Shown here: piece after piece, positions 9,735 through 18,825 of the stretch | Layout of the letters: every line of letters starts with the position of its first letter | Numbering within the stretch: position 1 is the first letter of the stretch | Source: an uncultured Chloroflexia bacterium | Lineage (GTDB): Bacteria; Chloroflexota; Anaerolineae; Anaerolineales; E44-bin32 | Reading direction: 5' to 3' | NCBI GenBank assembly: GCA_963789825.1 | Contig: CAWBME010000006.1 | Span: forward strand, 974,612 to 1,038,611 | Length of the DNA stretch: 64,000 bases | Program-made: the position numbers and the translations under genes | The notes under the pieces: generated by a model | Told to the model about the DNA's origin: nothing | The model's database searches: none | Seen by the model: only the letters and a program-made list of their open reading frames with translations

Positions 9735-10346
9735 TCGGCCTGGCGCTGATCGGCGGCGGGCTGTTGTTCCTGCTGCAGAGCTATGGGATCCTGCCCGAGG
9801 GCGCAGCGCTGTTCTGGACACTGGCGTTCGCCATCAGCGGCGGCATCTTTCTGTATGTCTTCGCCCTCAACCGAGACAACTGGTGGGCGCTGGTTCCCGC
9901 CGCAGCTCTGCTGGGCGTGGCAGGGGTCATCGCTCTGGGCACCTTCCTTCCGGCGGCCGCTGATCCGTGGTCGGGGGCGCTGTTCATGGCTGTGCTATCG
10001 CTCGGATTCTGGGGGATCTGGTTGAGCAAGCGCGATGCCTGGTGGGCGATCATTCCCGCCGGCGCGATCCTGTCAGTCTCGGCGATGATCGTCGCCGGTG
10101 AACTTCTGCCGGGCGAGCTCGCCCCGCTTAGCGTGCTGTTCCTCGGGCTCGGCGTTGACCTTCGGGCTACTCCTGCTTGTACCCACCGAAGAGGGGCGCA
10201 TGCGCTGGCCGGCGGTCCCGGCCCTGGTCTTGCTCCTGATCGGCGCGTTCTCGACCCTGCTCTTCAGCCCTTCACTTCAACTCGCGGGGCCGGTGCTGCT
10301 GATCCTAGGGGGCATCCTGCTGGTCGTTCGCGCGCTGCGCAAGTAG
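9707..10346 (+). CDS. Polytopic membrane protein (DUF5668-like), frameshift ~10150
   Basis: ORF 9707..10708 is hydrophobic up to ...SVLFLGLG. The sequence then continues in ORF 10098..10346 (LTFGLLLLVP...LLILGGILLVVRALRK-stop). Confidence 0.5.
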
Positions 10347-10379
10347 CGCCTCCTGCGCGGATCACTGGGAAGGAGAACG

Positions 10380-11297
10380 ATGATGACCACCAGCTATCGA
10401 CACGGGAGCATCGTGGGGCCGGTCCTGCTGATCGGGTTCGGCGCGGTGCTGCTGCTGGACAACCTCGGCCTGCTGGGCCAGTCTCCCTGGACGGCACTGT
10501 TGCAGCTTTGGCCGGTGATCCTGGTATCCGTCGGCCTCGACCTTGCCATCGGCTACCGTTCCCGGGCAGGCGCTGCCACGGCGGCGGCTCTGTCGCTGAT
10601 CGTGCTGGGCGGAGCGATTGCCTGGCTCGCCGAAGCCGACCAGAGGCAACCGTTGGCGCTGCCGGGCGAGATGGTGCAGGTCGAGCTGAACGGCGTGACG
10701 TCGGCTGAGGTATTGCTGGCCCCGGTCGCCTCTGCCCTGCACGTCGGCGCGCTGGCGGACGAGACCTACTTGCTGGCCGGGAGGATCGCTTCCTATCGCG
10801 TCGAGGAAGTCGGCCAGAGCTATCAGCGCACCGGCGACCACGCTCAGGTCAGGCTCGAGACGGCTGGCGCTTCGGTCGTCCCGACGACGGCGTTCTCCGG
10901 ATCTTCCCCGACATGGGACCTGGACCTTACGCCCACGATCCCGCTGGCGATTGCTGTGAACCTCGTGGCCGGCCAGGCGGATCTCGCGCTCGCTCCGCTC
11001 ACCGCCGAGAGCCTCGCCGTCGACCTGGTCTTCGGACAGTCGACGGTCGTGCTCCCGGCCAATGGGAAATACGACGCTCGGCTATCGGGTGTGTTCGGGC
11101 AGACGGTGGTCGTGATCCCCGCCGGCCTGGAGGCAAGCGTGCGGATCGAGCCGCTGCTGACGGCGCGCACCGTCGACAGCAGCCTCCGCCAGCTTCCAGA
11201 CGGCCGCTACGTCACGGCAGGCTACGGCCAGTCCGAGAACCAGGTTGACCTGGTGATCTCGCAGGTCGTGGGAGCCATCGAGGTGCAGGCAGAGTAG
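10380..11297 (+). CDS. LiaF-like membrane protein with a C-terminal beta-rich (toast-rack/DUF2154-like) domain
   Basis: Intact 305-aa ORF after GGAAGGAG. The N-terminal TM pair is VLLIGFGAVLLLDNLGLL. The C-terminus has repetitive beta strands (DLDLTPTIPLAIAVNLVAGQADLALAP...). Confidence 0.6.
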   Translation: MMTTSYRHGSIVGPVLLIGFGAVLLLDNLGLLGQSPWTALLQLWPVILVSVGLDLAIGYRSRAGAATAAALSLIVLGGAIAWLAEADQRQPLALPGEMVQVELNGVTSAEVLLAPVASALHVGALADETYLLAGRIASYRVEEVGQSYQRTGDHAQVRLETAGASVVPTTAFSGSSPTWDLDLTPTIPLAIAVNLVAGQADLALAPLTAESLAVDLVFGQSTVVLPANGKYDARLSGVFGQTVVVIPAGLEASVRIEPLLTARTVDSSLRQLPDGRYVTAGYGQSENQVDLVISQVVGAIEVQAE

Positions 11298-11398
11298 CGC
11301 CGGCAGGCTGGCGGCGCCCTTCCCCCCGAGGAGCCAGCTGCCGCCCTGGCCCTGGCGAGAGAACCAAGGAGGCCGTCATCGACCCTCATTTTGACTTC

Positions 11399-12393
11399 TT
11401 GCGCGAACAAGGTCTTGCCATCCGAGCTGCCCGGCTTGACGACCTGCCGCGGGCGATTGAGATGTTCAATCTTGCCGAAACCGAGCTTATTGGCACCTGC
11501 ATGTGGACTGCGGAGCGCTACCAACAGGAGTGGAAGTTCCCCGGATTCGATCTGGATGAGGACACGCGCCTGGTGCTGGCGCCCGACGGTTCCCCGGTGG
11601 GCTGCGCCGAAGTATGGACACTGCTCGACCCGCCAGTCCATCCCTGGATGTGGAGCCGCATCCATCCGTCGTGGCGCGGGCAAGGTATTGGCACCGGCTT
11701 GCTGGCCTGGTCGCTAACTAGAGCGCTGCAGGCCATCGGGCGCGTCCCTCCGAGGCACGCTTCGCGCCGCGCGTCGCCGCCCCACTCGGGCATGAGCCCA
11801 GTGTTGCCTTGTTTCGCGATTTCGGCTTCGAGCCCGTCCGTCATAGTTGGACGATGACCATCGACCTCGGTGTTCCTCCGCCGGATGCCGCCTGGCCGCC
11901 AGGCATCCGGCTGCACCTCTTTCGGCATCCGCAGGATCTGCGCGCGGTCTACACCGCAACCATCGATGCCTTTCGAGATCACTGGGGTTTCATCGAGGTG
12001 CCATTTGAACAGGGGTTCCGCCAGTGGACGCACGCCTCGGTAGAGCTGCGCCCCTTCGATCCCAGCCTGTGGTTCATCGCATTTGACGGGGAAGAGATCG
12101 CCGGGATCGCCCTGTGTCGGGCGCACGCCGACGACGACCCCGAGATGGGCTGGGTCGACACCCTGGGAGTCCGCCGGCCGTGGCGCAAGCGCGGGCTTGG
12201 CCTGGCGCTGCTGCTGCACGCTTTCTCTGCCCTTCGCGCGACCGGCGCCCGCCGGGCAGGCCTCGGCGTCGACGCCGCCAGCCTGACCGGCGCGACCCGC
12301 CTGTATACCCGCGCCGGGATGCACGTGCTGCGCGAATCGACGACCTTCGAACTCGAATTGCGGCCCGGCGAGGAACTCGCCAGGCTCGAGTAG
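11399..12393 (+). CDS. Two-domain GNAT acetyltransferase (MshD-like architecture), frameshift ~11750
   Basis: ORFs 11399..11857 and 11809..12393. Each half carries a GNAT motif A (WRGQGIGTGLL and WRKRGLGLALLL). The junction reads ...RVPP|EARFAPRVAAPLGHEPSVALFRDFGFEPV after a 1-nt shift. Confidence 0.7.
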
Positions 12394-12433
12394 CGGCCCG
12401 CTCCTTGCGCCCAAGGCCGCCCACAGCCTCGGC

Positions 12434-13191
12434 ATGATCCAGGCCGGGGTCCGCGCCGCTCTTCCGCTGGTTGCGCCCGATGACCTACCTCGCATCCAAG
12501 GTGTTCATGCCGCTGTGGCAGATGCTGTTCTTCTCGCTGCTGGGGATGTTCGCCGGTGCGCAGGAACCGACGTACTATGTGATCGGCAACGCCATGCAGA
12601 TCACCGCGGTCAGCGGGATCTTCGGCGTGACGATGAGCATCGGCGGTGATCGCTGGGAGGGGACGCTGCCGTATCTGTTTGGCACGCCGGCCAACCGCAT
12701 GGCAATGGTATTCGGGCGCGCCTTCTTTCACATTCTGGACGGCATGCTTGGCGTCGTGCTGGCCTTCGGCTGGGGCGTAGCGCTGCTCGGCCTCGACCTT
12801 TCTCAGACCGATCCGGTGGCGCTGGCGCTGGTCGTGATCGCCAGCACGATCAGCACGGCAGGGCTCGGGCTGCTGCTGGGATGCCTGAGCCTGATCACCC
12901 TCAACGTGATGTTCGTCAACAACACGGTCTACTTCCTGCTGCTGGTCTTCAGCGGGGCCAACATCCCGATCGCCACGCTGCCGGCCTGGATGCAGGCGGT
13001 GTCCTTTGTCCTGCCGCTCACCCGCGGCATCGCTGCCGCACGGCTGGTGATCGAGGGGCCTCGCTACGATTGGTGACACCGCTGATCGCCGGCGAGCTGG
13101 TCATCGGGGCGATCTACGCCCTGCTCGGCTACTTCCTCTTCCGTTCGTTCGAGTTCCAGGCGAAGAACGCGGCACGCTGGAAGCCTTCTAG
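12434..13191 (+). pseudogene. ABC-2 type transporter permease, at least 3 frameshifts (~12458, ~13060, ~13165)
   Basis: ORF 12471..13076 forms the core (6 TM helices). The N-terminus MIQAGVRA lies in ORF 12434. The tail LIAGELVIGAIYALLGYFLFRSFEF lies in the 12881 frame. The final ...EERGTLEAF-stop at 13189..13191 is in a third frame. Confidence 0.6.
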
Positions 13192-13529
13192 CAGCTCGCG
13201 GAACGCCGCCACCCGCCTCACCTCCAACCCCGCTCCGTCGACAGCTGCCGATAGCACGCTGCGCAGCGGTCGAGAGCGCAGCATGGGGCGAGTCCGGCGC
13301 CGCCGCTGCCGGGCGCCGGCTTCGCGGTCCGAACCATCGGCGGGGCAATCCGCCGGATTGCCCGACCAAGCCTCCCGCTGTCTGACGATCGTGCGCTCGT
13401 CCGCGGACCATGCCGAGCTATCCCCGCCGGCCCAACGGGCACGCAGCGCAGGCTCGCACCGCGTCTCCGCGCAGCGAGGCTGAGATGGTGGTCAGCAGTC
13501 TACGCCTGTGCCCCCTGAAGCAGGAGGGA

Positions 13530-14150
13530 TCACGCCGCGAGGCGGGTGCGGGAGGCGGAACGGCGCGCCAGGGCCTGGTGCATGAACCGCTTGGCCACCT
13601 CGACCGGGATCGCCATGCCAACATCCGGCCCCGCCATCAGGGTGTTGATCCCAACCAGGCGCCCATGCACATCGATCAAGGCGCCGCCGGAATGCCCCGG
13701 GCGCAGGTGCAGACTGACGGCGATCCATTCGCCCTCAGCCTTGGGCAGCGCCGCCAAGGATTTCCCCACCTCGATCACACTGCCCAGCGTGGCTGCATAG
13801 GCGATACCCCACGGATGGCCCATCGCCAGCACCAGCTGCCCGCTGCGCAGTTGACGCGAGGCTCCGAGTTCAATCGCCGGCAAATCTTCGGCCTCAATCG
13901 CCAGCGCCGCCAGATCGAGCCGATGGTCACGAGCCAACACCGTGGCAGGATACTCGGCACCGCCCAGGCAACGCACCGTCAGCCGCCCGGCGCCGGCGAC
14001 GTGAGCGTTGGTGACGATCAGCCCAAGCGCGTGCCAGATCGTCCCGGCACCGGCGCCGCGCCCGTGCGACAGGACGTGCACCAGCGATGGACGCACTCGA
14101 TCGGCCGCTTCGCTCCAACCCGAACTCATTTCTTCCAGAACAAGACCCAT
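13530..14150 (-). CDS. Trypsin-like serine protease (S1C, no PDZ)
   Basis: Catalytic triad context is present: VTNAHV, DLAALAI, PGHSGGALID. Confidence 0.75.
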   Translation of the reverse strand: MGLVLEEMSSGWSEAADRVRPSLVHVLSHGRGAGAGTIWHALGLIVTNAHVAGAGRLTVRCLGGAEYPATVLARDHRLDLAALAIEAEDLPAIELGASRQLRSGQLVLAMGHPWGIAYAATLGSVIEVGKSLAALPKAEGEWIAVSLHLRPGHSGGALIDVHGRLVGINTLMAGPDVGMAIPVEVAKRFMHQALARRSASRTRLAA

Positions 14151-14238
14151 TCGGCTCTGCTCTCTTAGCCCGCAAGGGAGCGGAAGCCGCGCCGAGTCGG
14201 GCGGAAGGCTCCCAGGCTGAGCCCTGCGGCTCGCTGCA

Positions 14239-15132
14239 CTAGCCTCGCTCCCCGATCGTCACCTTCACCGACTTGAGCTGGCCGCCGCGCAGCAAGCCGA
14301 TCTCAACCGACTTTCCCACCCGTTCGCCGGAGAGCGCCCCGAACAGATCCTCCATCGACTGGAGGGACGATCCCTCGAGCGATAGCAGCGTATCGCCCAA
14401 CAGCATGCCCCCCTGGTCTGCCGGGCTGCCAGGCTCGACGGACATCACCAACAGCCCGGTTATCTGGCCGGCCTGCGCCGCAACCGCCTCGGGCAGCGGC
14501 ACGGTCTGTGCCCCTACGCCCAGGAACCCGCGCCGGATCCTGCCATGCTGCAGGAGAGTCTCGACCACTCGGCGAACGGTCTCGGTGGGCACGGCCAGGC
14601 TGACGCCCCGCAGCAGGCCCGAAGTCATTACACCGGCGACTCGGCCATCGGCTGTGACGAACGCGCCACCGGAGAACCCTGGATACATCACGGCATCGGT
14701 CTGCAGGTAGCGCTCGATCGCGCCGCCCATACCGGTCTGGAAGGGGCCGCCCACCGCGCTCACGATCCCCAACGTCGCCTGTACCGTCTTTCCCGGTCGT
14801 CCCACGGCCACTGCCAGATGGCCGACCTTCAGGTCATCCGTGGCACGCCAGATGGGGTTGGCGGCGCGCCCGGAAGCCAGACGCAGCACGGCCAGGTCAG
14901 TGCTGGGGTCGCGCCCTACCAGGGATGCCTCGGCGCTCTCGCCATCGGGCAGGCCGACGCGGATCGATTCATCCCGGCGCACGACGTGCTCAGCCGTTAC
15001 GATCACCCCCTCTGCCGACCACGCCACGCCGCTCGCTGGCAGGCGCCGTCGCCCCTCGACTCGCACGATTCCCGGCACGGAGCTGACCAGCGCCGCCAAT
15101 TCCTCCGAAACCGTCTCCAGAACCTTGTTCAT
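14239..15132 (-). CDS. HtrA-like serine protease with a C-terminal PDZ domain
   Basis: ORF 14239..15162, start MNKVLETV at 15132. The triad is TAEHV, DLAVLRL, PGFSGGAF. The PDZ-like region reads GFLGVGAQ...LVMSVEPGSPADQGGMLLGDTLLSLEG. Confidence 0.8.
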   Translation of the reverse strand: MNKVLETVSEELAALVSSVPGIVRVEGRRRLPASGVAWSAEGVIVTAEHVVRRDESIRVGLPDGESAEASLVGRDPSTDLAVLRLASGRAANPIWRATDDLKVGHLAVAVGRPGKTVQATLGIVSAVGGPFQTGMGGAIERYLQTDAVMYPGFSGGAFVTADGRVAGVMTSGLLRGVSLAVPTETVRRVVETLLQHGRIRRGFLGVGAQTVPLPEAVAAQAGQITGLLVMSVEPGSPADQGGMLLGDTLLSLEGSSLQSMEDLFGALSGERVGKSVEIGLLRGGQLKSVKVTIGERG

Positions 15133-15239
15133 GGCTTCACTCCTCTTGGACACCAAATCCATCGCCTGCCATGCTAGATGAACGCGGCCGACGCGTCACC
15201 GGCCAAAGGATCGGGGTAGGCCCTGTACTTTGGATCGGG

Positions 15240-15875
15240 TTAGAGGGGGATCAAGCCCATGCGGCCTGCACGGACGACGGCCTCGGTACGGCTTTGGGCA
15301 TCCATCTTTCGCAAGATCGCATTGACATGATACTTGACCGTGCTCTCGGTCACCCCCAGGCGGGCCGAGATGAGCTTGTTCGGCAGGCCATCGGCCATGA
15401 GCCGCAAGACCTGGAGCTCGCGCGCCGTCAGGGGCTCCGGAAGCGCCTCCGGGGTGGAGGGCTCAGCCGCCGGCGGACGGCTGGGCGGAAGGTCAGAGGC
15501 CCACAGTCCGGCCAGCACCGCCCGAGCAGCCGCCAGGACAACGGTGGGCTCGACCCGTCGGTGGAGCACAGCCCGTGCTCCGGCGGCCCAGGCGCTCTCG
15601 GCATCCTCAGCAGAATCGGCCAACACCAGCACGACCGGCAGCCTGGGCAGATGCTGCCGCAACAAGTCCAGGGAAACCTCGTCACCCCCGGCGTCCCACA
15701 CGACCAGGTCCGGCGAACCGTTCACCACCCACTCAGCCGCCTGCGGGGTGGGCAGGTCGACCGCCACCACCTCCCATCCTGGCTCGGATTGGAAGTAGGC
15801 AGCCAGGCCGGCGCGGATCACGGGCTCGGATGAGACGATCGTGACACGCTCGATGGATGGCTGGGACAGGATCAT
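15240..15875 (-). CDS. LuxR/NarL-type response regulator with a degenerate receiver domain
   Basis: The C-terminal HTH is LTARELQVLRLMADGLPNKLISARLGVTESTVKYHVNAILRKM. The receiver has SSE in place of the acidic DD pair and lacks the usual T and K positions. Confidence 0.8.
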   Translation of the reverse strand: MILSQPSIERVTIVSSEPVIRAGLAAYFQSEPGWEVVAVDLPTPQAAEWVVNGSPDLVVWDAGGDEVSLDLLRQHLPRLPVVLVLADSAEDAESAWAAGARAVLHRRVEPTVVLAAARAVLAGLWASDLPPSRPPAAEPSTPEALPEPLTARELQVLRLMADGLPNKLISARLGVTESTVKYHVNAILRKMDAQSRTEAVVRAGRMGLIPL

Positions 15876-15988
15876 GGCGCTTGGCGGCACTCAGCCGAGG
15901 AAGGCAGAGCGGGATTCAAGGCGAGGAACGGTGAGGGCTGAACACGGGCATGTCCGTATGAGCTGCAGCCGAGAGCGGCGGGGCACGC

Positions 15989-17098
15989 TCACGGGGTCGT
16001 AGGCGTTTCGGTCGGCGTGGGCGTCTCAGTCGGTGGAGGCGGCGGTGTGGTCGGCCCGGTGGTCGGCGGCGCCCCGATCGTCGGCGTCTCGGTGGGGGTC
16101 TCGATGGGCAGGCCGAAGGTCGGCGTCAGCGTGATCGTCGGCGTCGGAGGCTGGGCGGTCGCCGTGAGGCAGGCATCCCGCGCATCGTCAGCAAGGCCCT
16201 CCACCTCAGAGTCGGCGCGCGTCTCGTTGGAGGCCTCAAACTGAGACACGGCGGCGCAAGGATCGTTGGCCTTCATCAGCTCATTGCCGTATTCCATCGC
16301 GGCCACTGAGTACTTGTAGCAGGAGTCCCAGCCGCCGGCGGCGCAGAGCTGGGCGAAGTAACGGGCGGCATCCTGCCAGACGACACCGAAGAAGCTGTTG
16401 GCGAAGAGGTAGAAGGAAGCGCTGCTGCGCCATGTGCTAGCCTGGCTGTCCAACGGGCCGAACCGCTCGGCCAGCGCCAGATCGAAGATGCCCTGCTCGT
16501 GCTGGCCTGCCCAGATCTTCTCCAGGCCGCGGGCGCGCAAGGCGCCCGCCATCAGCTGGTTGACCTCCGCCCGGCGATGCTGCGGATCGATCGAACGGAC
16601 GGTCAGCAGCGCTTGAAGCGTGGTGTTCCAGTCCTCGGCGGCGTAGGCCGACTGGGCTTGGCTGAAGAGCGAATCGAGCGACGATAGGTCGAGCGTTGCA
16701 GTCGGCGTGACGGCGATGGTCGGGGGCACGGGCGTGGTCGTGGGCGCGTTCAGGCCAAGCAGCGCCTTGTCGAGCAGCTCGGCGGCACCGGGGTAGGCGG
16801 GGTCGATGCTCAAGATGTACTCAAAGCGCTGCCGGGCCAGCTCGTAGCGCGTGTCGAGCAGATCCTGCACGCCGAGGTCAAACTGCTCCTGGGCAGCGCG
16901 TGCCTGAGCGTCCGATTGCCCGGCAGTCGATTGCTGGCGGCCGGCGGCCACGCCGGTCAGCCCGCCGACACCGAGCACGCACAGCAGATAGAACCCGCCC
17001 AGTGCAGCCCACCAGCCCCAGCGCGGCACCCGCTGCAGAGGCTGCGGCAGGCGATCGAGCAGGCTTCGGCGCGGCTTCGGACTGGGTGCAGGGCGCAT
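15989..17098 (-). CDS. Hypothetical membrane-anchored protein with a helical (TPR-like) ectodomain and Pro/Thr-rich tail
   Basis: ORF 15989..17158. There is a single TM helix (WWAALGGFYLLCVLGVGGLTGV) and a PT-rich C-terminus. The start was chosen at ATG 17098 to avoid overlap with LCP. No recognisable catalytic motif was found. Confidence 0.5.
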   Translation of the reverse strand: MRPAPSPKPRRSLLDRLPQPLQRVPRWGWWAALGGFYLLCVLGVGGLTGVAAGRQQSTAGQSDAQARAAQEQFDLGVQDLLDTRYELARQRFEYILSIDPAYPGAAELLDKALLGLNAPTTTPVPPTIAVTPTATLDLSSLDSLFSQAQSAYAAEDWNTTLQALLTVRSIDPQHRRAEVNQLMAGALRARGLEKIWAGQHEQGIFDLALAERFGPLDSQASTWRSSASFYLFANSFFGVVWQDAARYFAQLCAAGGWDSCYKYSVAAMEYGNELMKANDPCAAVSQFEASNETRADSEVEGLADDARDACLTATAQPPTPTITLTPTFGLPIETPTETPTIGAPPTTGPTTPPPPPTETPTPTETPTTP

Positions 17099-17117
17099 CA
17101 CGCGATCGGCCTCGGGC

Positions 17118-18254
17118 TCACGGACCGATGATCCCGGTCTGGGTGAAGATCTGGTCACGCAGTAGACGGATCTGATCCGGTACCTGGCGCAGCACCGCCG
17201 CGCCGTCGGGGAGCGTGTGGAAGCCCACCATGTTCGGCGGCGCGATGACGCCGCGCTGGATGCTGGCCTTGGGCGTCTGCACCGCCAGCCAGCCGAGCGA
17301 GATCATCTGCTCGAGCGTCAGATTGGTTCGGATGCCGGAGGACAGCTCTTGATAGAGAGCCGGCGACTTGGCCACCAGCGTCGGAACCATGTCCAGACCG
17401 ACGACACGGTCGATGATGGCCAGTGCCACCTGCTGCTGGCGTTCGGCGCGTCCGAAGTCATCGCCGGCGCCCTTGCGCACGCGGGCGTAGGCCAGAGTTT
17501 CTGCCCCGTCCAGGCGATGCGCCTTGGGCAACAGGATCTTGCACGAGCGGCCGATCGGGCAGATCTTGATCTGGTCGTTGACCAGGACGTCGACGCCGCC
17601 GATCTCGTCGATCATGCGCTCAAAGGCAGCGAAGTCGATCACGGCATAGAACTGGATTGGAACCCCGACCACCTTCTCGACGGTCTGCATCGCCAGCGCC
17701 GGCCCGCCGCCGGGCAGACGGTTCCCTTCTCCGCTCGGGTAGGCGGTGTTGATCCGGTTGTGGCCGAAGCCCGGGATCTCGACCCACAGATCGCGCGGGA
17801 TCGAGAGCATGCCGCCGGTCTTCGCCTGCGGGTCGAGCGTGACCAGCATCATCGTATCGGTGCGGGCCGGCCCCTCACCCGCCACCCAGTCGCGGTAGTC
17901 CAGGCCCATCAGGAGGACCGTGACCCGTTCGACGCCCGTCCAGGGGATCGGCGTGGCCGCCGGAGGCAGTGCCGTCGCCGCCTCCCCCGGCTGCAGGGGG
18001 CCGGTGGGATTGGCGGGGTTGGGTTGGAACGGATTGAGGGCGAAGCTGGCCCAGGTGCGGGTCAGGTCCCGCGCAATCAGGTGCACCACCAGGCCCAGCA
18101 GCAGGACGGCACTCGCGAACGCCACTGCGAGCAGCCCCATGAGCCAGATCGGGAGGCGCGAGCGGGATGGCCTCCCAGGCGGCCGCCCCCCCGTGCGGGC
18201 GATGGGTTGGGTCTGGTCTGCCGCAGAGCGGCTGGGGGTTCCGTGGCTGTACAT
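17118..18254 (-). CDS. LytR-CpsA-Psr (LCP) family cell-envelope phosphotransferase
   Basis: It has an N-terminal TM anchor followed by VLLMGLDYRD...RTDTMMLVTLDP...LSIPRDLWVEIPG...NRINTAY. Confidence 0.8.
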   Translation of the reverse strand: MYSHGTPSRSAADQTQPIARTGGRPPGRPSRSRLPIWLMGLLAVAFASAVLLLGLVVHLIARDLTRTWASFALNPFQPNPANPTGPLQPGEAATALPPAATPIPWTGVERVTVLLMGLDYRDWVAGEGPARTDTMMLVTLDPQAKTGGMLSIPRDLWVEIPGFGHNRINTAYPSGEGNRLPGGGPALAMQTVEKVVGVPIQFYAVIDFAAFERMIDEIGGVDVLVNDQIKICPIGRSCKILLPKAHRLDGAETLAYARVRKGAGDDFGRAERQQQVALAIIDRVVGLDMVPTLVAKSPALYQELSSGIRTNLTLEQMISLGWLAVQTPKASIQRGVIAPPNMVGFHTLPDGAAVLRQVPDQIRLLRDQIFTQTGIIGP

Positions 18255-18365
18255 GGCGCTGACCGGCGAACATTATACGCCAAGGGTCGGGGCTGCACGC
18301 GGTCTGGACGGGTCGGCCATTCCTGGGTACACTTTAGCCCGCTTAACTAACAAGGTGGTTGAACC

Positions 18366-18825
18366 ATGGCGCAGCGATCGACATTCGAACAGGCGCTTCG
18401 GGACTGGGCACAGGTCTTCATGCGTCGCTCGATGCGGGAGTATCAAGCCTGGGTGCGTGAATCCGGCATGTCACACTCGCAGCTGGCCACGCTGATGCGT
18501 CTGCACCACACTGGGGCTTGCCCGGTCAATGAGATCGGGCAGGACCTCTCGGTGACGGCGGCGGCCGCCAGTCAGCTGGTTGAGCGCCTCGTCCAACAGG
18601 GTTTGCTCTCGCGCAGCGAGGACGAGCGAGACCGACGCGTGCGCCGCGTCACGCTGACCCCGGCCGGTCAAGAAGTCGTACGGCAGGCGATCGAACTCGC
18701 GGACAGTCTGGATTCGACAACTCGTCAGTGCACTCGAACCGCAAGAACAGCAGGCGATTGTCGAGTCCCTGGACCAACTGACCCAAGCCGCCCGGGCGCT
18801 AGAGGAGGAACAGGGTGCGAGCTAG
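18366..18825 (+). CDS. MarR-family transcriptional regulator, frameshift ~18695
   Basis: The wHTH reads SHSQLATLMRLHHTGACPVNEIGQDLSVTAAAASQLVERLVQQGLLSRSEDERDRRVRRVTLT. The C-terminal helix continues in another frame (RTVWIRQLVSALEPQEQQAIVESLDQL...) to TAG 18823..18825. Confidence 0.75.

Noticed and set aside
16000-16250. Pro/Thr-coding periodic sequence (also 2380..2500 and 54060..54200) as possible CRISPR-like or satellite arrays.
   Set aside because: The repeats are short, imperfect and in frame within protein linkers. They show no repeat-spacer organisation.
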